DNA of 64,000 nucleotides, taken from the NCBI GenBank assembly GCA_040223695.1, contig JAVKFU010000013.1:126641-190640 (forward strand). Reading direction: 5' to 3'. Below, in pieces: positions 61,682-64,000 of this stretch; position 1 is the stretch's first letter; each line of letters begins with the position of its first letter. The position numbers and the translations under genes were made by a program. This DNA is from Deltaproteobacteria bacterium (GTDB taxonomy: Bacteria; Desulfobacterota_D; UBA1144; Nemesobacterales; UBA2774). Under the pieces are notes generated by a model. That model ran no database searches. It was not told the DNA's origin and saw nothing but the letters and a program-made list of their open reading frames with translations.

Positions 61682-62359
61682 ATGAAACTCCTTTTATTTG
61701 ATATAGACGGAACTATACTCCTCACGAACGGAGCGGGCACAAGGGCCGCCAACCGTGCATTCGAGAAAATATACGGTCTGAAAGACGCCATGACGGGCAT
61801 AGACGCGGCTGGAAAAACCGACCCTCTGATTCTGGGTGAAATGTTTATGAGAAGTCTCTCAAGGGAATACACGTCCGAGGAAGCACAGGCTCTATACCGC
61901 GATTATGTAATATATCTTGAAGAAGAAATAGTGAAATCGCCCATTGACATAATGCCGGGCATACCTTTCTTGCTGGAGAGTCTTTCAGTGAGGAAAGATA
62001 TAATCATGGGAATCGCTACCGGAAATATAGAGCACGGGGCGTGGATAAAGCTACGGCAGTCGCGTCTCCACAGCCACTTCAAGTTCGGCGGATTCGGATC
62101 GGATTCGGGAAGTAGAGAAGGGCTTATCCGGAAAGCGATCGAAAGAGCCAAAAGCCACTTAAAGCGGAAGGATGATTTCGACAAGGTATTCGTCATAGGC
62201 GACACACCCTACGACATCATTCACGGAAGGGCGGCGGGGGCGGTCACAGTGGCAGTCGCCACCGGAAGCTATTCAGCCCGGGAGTTGGGGAGCCACAACC
62301 CGGACTATCTATTCGACCATCTCGAAGATTACGGGAGCGTCATAAAAATATTCGATTAA
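61682..62359 (+). CDS. HAD-family hydrolase (phosphoglycolate phosphatase-like)
   Basis: LFDIDGT, ATGN, IGDTPYD, VATG. Confidence 0.92.
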   Translation: MKLLLFDIDGTILLTNGAGTRAANRAFEKIYGLKDAMTGIDAAGKTDPLILGEMFMRSLSREYTSEEAQALYRDYVIYLEEEIVKSPIDIMPGIPFLLESLSVRKDIIMGIATGNIEHGAWIKLRQSRLHSHFKFGGFGSDSGSREGLIRKAIERAKSHLKRKDDFDKVFVIGDTPYDIIHGRAAGAVTVAVATGSYSARELGSHNPDYLFDHLEDYGSVIKIFD

Positions 62360-62369
62360 GAGATGCCCG

Positions 62370-62939
62370 TTACAGCACTCGCCTTAATATCGAACTGAGC
62401 CTTTCATAATCGTCTCTGAAAAATCTTGATAAGCTTTTTCCCATTCTCACCATGTAGTCCTTGTCCTTTTTCCTTACGTTCTGCGCGCTATAAAGGGATG
62501 AGATAATGAGATCGTCTACGGGCACATTCGAAGAAGAGACAATAGCCCGCAGGAAAAAATCCTCGGAGCTCAGCTCCTTCTTTTCCTCATCCGAGCACAT
62601 GTGGACGAAGGTGTGTATGGGAGGGGGAAGAGGCGAGAGGGCAAACCTGATTTTGCCCCCCTCAAGATAGGCAAGGGTCAAAACATGAAACTCGGTTTTC
62701 AAAAGCTCGAATATCTGCGGCTGCTCACGCCTGAGCTCTTCAATGCTCATATCGTATGCAGTCGGTTTTCTTCCGGGCTCCTTGCTTCCCGTTAAAATTT
62801 CGTAGACTAGACCGTAAACGCGGGGTTCCGAGTCCGTCCTTACAAAACTGCCGAAAGAAGGAGATTCCCCCATCCTCGGAGAACGGGCTATAAACCCTTT
62901 CGTGCTCGATTCCACTACTTCGCCTATATGTTCCATCAC
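62370..62939 (-). CDS. Stand-alone HAS-barrel domain protein (HerA/NurA associated)
   Basis: IGEVVESST, PSFGSFV, EPGRKP, EQPQIFELL, PPPIH, DYERL; overlaps the nurA stop. Confidence 0.75.
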   Translation of the reverse strand: MMEHIGEVVESSTKGFIARSPRMGESPSFGSFVRTDSEPRVYGLVYEILTGSKEPGRKPTAYDMSIEELRREQPQIFELLKTEFHVLTLAYLEGGKIRFALSPLPPPIHTFVHMCSDEEKKELSSEDFFLRAIVSSSNVPVDDLIISSLYSAQNVRKKDKDYMVRMGKSLSRFFRDDYERLSSILRRVL

Positions 62940-64000
62940 ACACCCGGCATCCTTTTGGACAGCCCTTTTCTCGACACTGCAACGGTAAAATCAGACCGGA
63001 CGAGCGCTTCACGTATCAGATCGAAGAAAAAGTCCCTGTCCTTACCCTTGACGACAGCCTGCTCATGCGCCTCCGCGATGGCGATGGGGTAGCCCCCGCC
63101 CTTTTTAGCCTGATCGAAAACCAGCGTATGAGTAAGCTTCAACAGTTGATCGTTTTCCGCCACCCATTCGGGAATTTCCACCCTGACTATTTCCTCCCCC
63201 GTGTTCATGTAGAAAAAGCATATTCTATGCTCGCCGTACATCTCGAGTATCCTGGAGGAGCTTCTGAAGACGGAGGATATTTCGCCCGGTTTCAGGAATG
63301 TCGAAAAAAGAAACCTGTCGGTCAAGCCCTCGATCGGAGCGCACGGAAGCTCGGGAAGGTCCGTATAGGGGCACTGATTGCAGTAGCTCACTTTTTCGGG
63401 ACAAAGACCGACCCTGAGCGCGTTAATTACGTCCGTGCTCCCGGGAAAGCTTATATACCCCGCAACCGGTATCTTCAGATTTTTGAACTCATTCATAATA
63501 GCGAGAAACGGGTTCAGCATTTCCGATTTGAAGTCCGCGGGCGCGGCTTCGAGCCTCCACAAAATAAGTGTTCCGTCCGAAAGGGCTATAGTCTTCCCGC
63601 TCCCCCCGTTTTCCCTGGCCAGTTCGAGAATCCTCCCGAATTCCATTAAAGTCCTCTTAAGGGATATGACTTCGGTGTCTGCGGGTATTTTTTTGCCTCC
63701 CCATGTCGTAAACCTGTCTTCATCGTTGTGAAAAAGAACGGGCGAGGAGCCGAGCGACGCTCTTGCGCGGGCTCCGTATTCAAGAACAATCGAGCTTATG
63801 TTAATCAGGTAGCAGGGGAGGGCCTCGTGTCTGTCGGGAAAAATCTGCGAGCCGTCAGAAGAGACAGCCGTATAGTCAGGCGGTCTGTCCGGAAGCGAAT
63901 GCGCCATGTCGAGGGGGGACGAAATCCCCGCCACTAGCCAGGAAGTCTTGCTCAGCTCGACCTTCTCCGAAAGTTTTTCCCATTCCCGGGACTGGGCGTC
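62936..64000 (-). CDS. nurA: NurA-family 5'-3' nuclease (5' end beyond the window)
   Basis: SDGSQI, DGTLI, RVEIPEW, GYPIAIAEAHEQAVV. The frame stays open to base 64000 (DAQSREWEKLSEKVELSKTSWLVAGI), so the real start is outside the window. Confidence 0.88.
   Translation of the reverse strand, partial: DAQSREWEKLSEKVELSKTSWLVAGISSPLDMAHSLPDRPPDYTAVSSDGSQIFPDRHEALPCYLINISSIVLEYGARARASLGSSPVLFHNDEDRFTTWGGKKIPADTEVISLKRTLMEFGRILELARENGGSGKTIALSDGTLILWRLEAAPADFKSEMLNPFLAIMNEFKNLKIPVAGYISFPGSTDVINALRVGLCPEKVSYCNQCPYTDLPELPCAPIEGLTDRFLFSTFLKPGEISSVFRSSSRILEMYGEHRICFFYMNTGEEIVRVEIPEWVAENDQLLKLTHTLVFDQAKKGGGYPIAIAEAHEQAVVKGKDRDFFFDLIREALVRSDFTVAVSRKGLSKRMPGV

Noticed and set aside
63932-63934. nurA start at GTG 63934 as given by the ORF track
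   Set aside because: The frame is open to the window edge with protein-like sequence, so the gene is 5'-truncated by the window.

Overview
A 64-kb bacterial chromosomal window, mostly housekeeping genes: polA, lsrF-like aldolase plus Zn dehydrogenase, bioBAF, aldehyde dehydrogenase, gltBD, nadE, thiI, truA, leuB, mfd-ppiC-surA, hsp20 and nurA. The gene content suggests a deltaproteobacteria-like lineage, possibly Ca. Dadabacteria; this is an impression and is not verified. I saw no prophage, IS, CRISPR array, tRNA or rRNA. The most interesting content is a cell-surface module. It has a 14-kb island with six GT-C-type membrane glycosyltransferases (three are close paralogs of unknown function), two GT2 polyprenol-phosphate-sugar synthases, a GtrA protein and a myxosortase-like CPBP protease. 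Nearby are two paralogous acidic, Cys-rich exported proteins behind twin near-consensus sigma70 promoters; one ends in a Pro/Thr linker plus a Gly-Cys / TM / RRRKK sorting tail. Two tandem TMTC-like GT-C/TPR genes lie further right. Together these suggest a protein anchoring and O-mannosylation system for an S-layer-like coat (inference). Other observations: an in-frame amber stop in an otherwise intact secreted-protein gene, a candidate 6S-like RNA, several apparently leaderless genes, and a nurA + HAS-barrel pair with no herA downstream.
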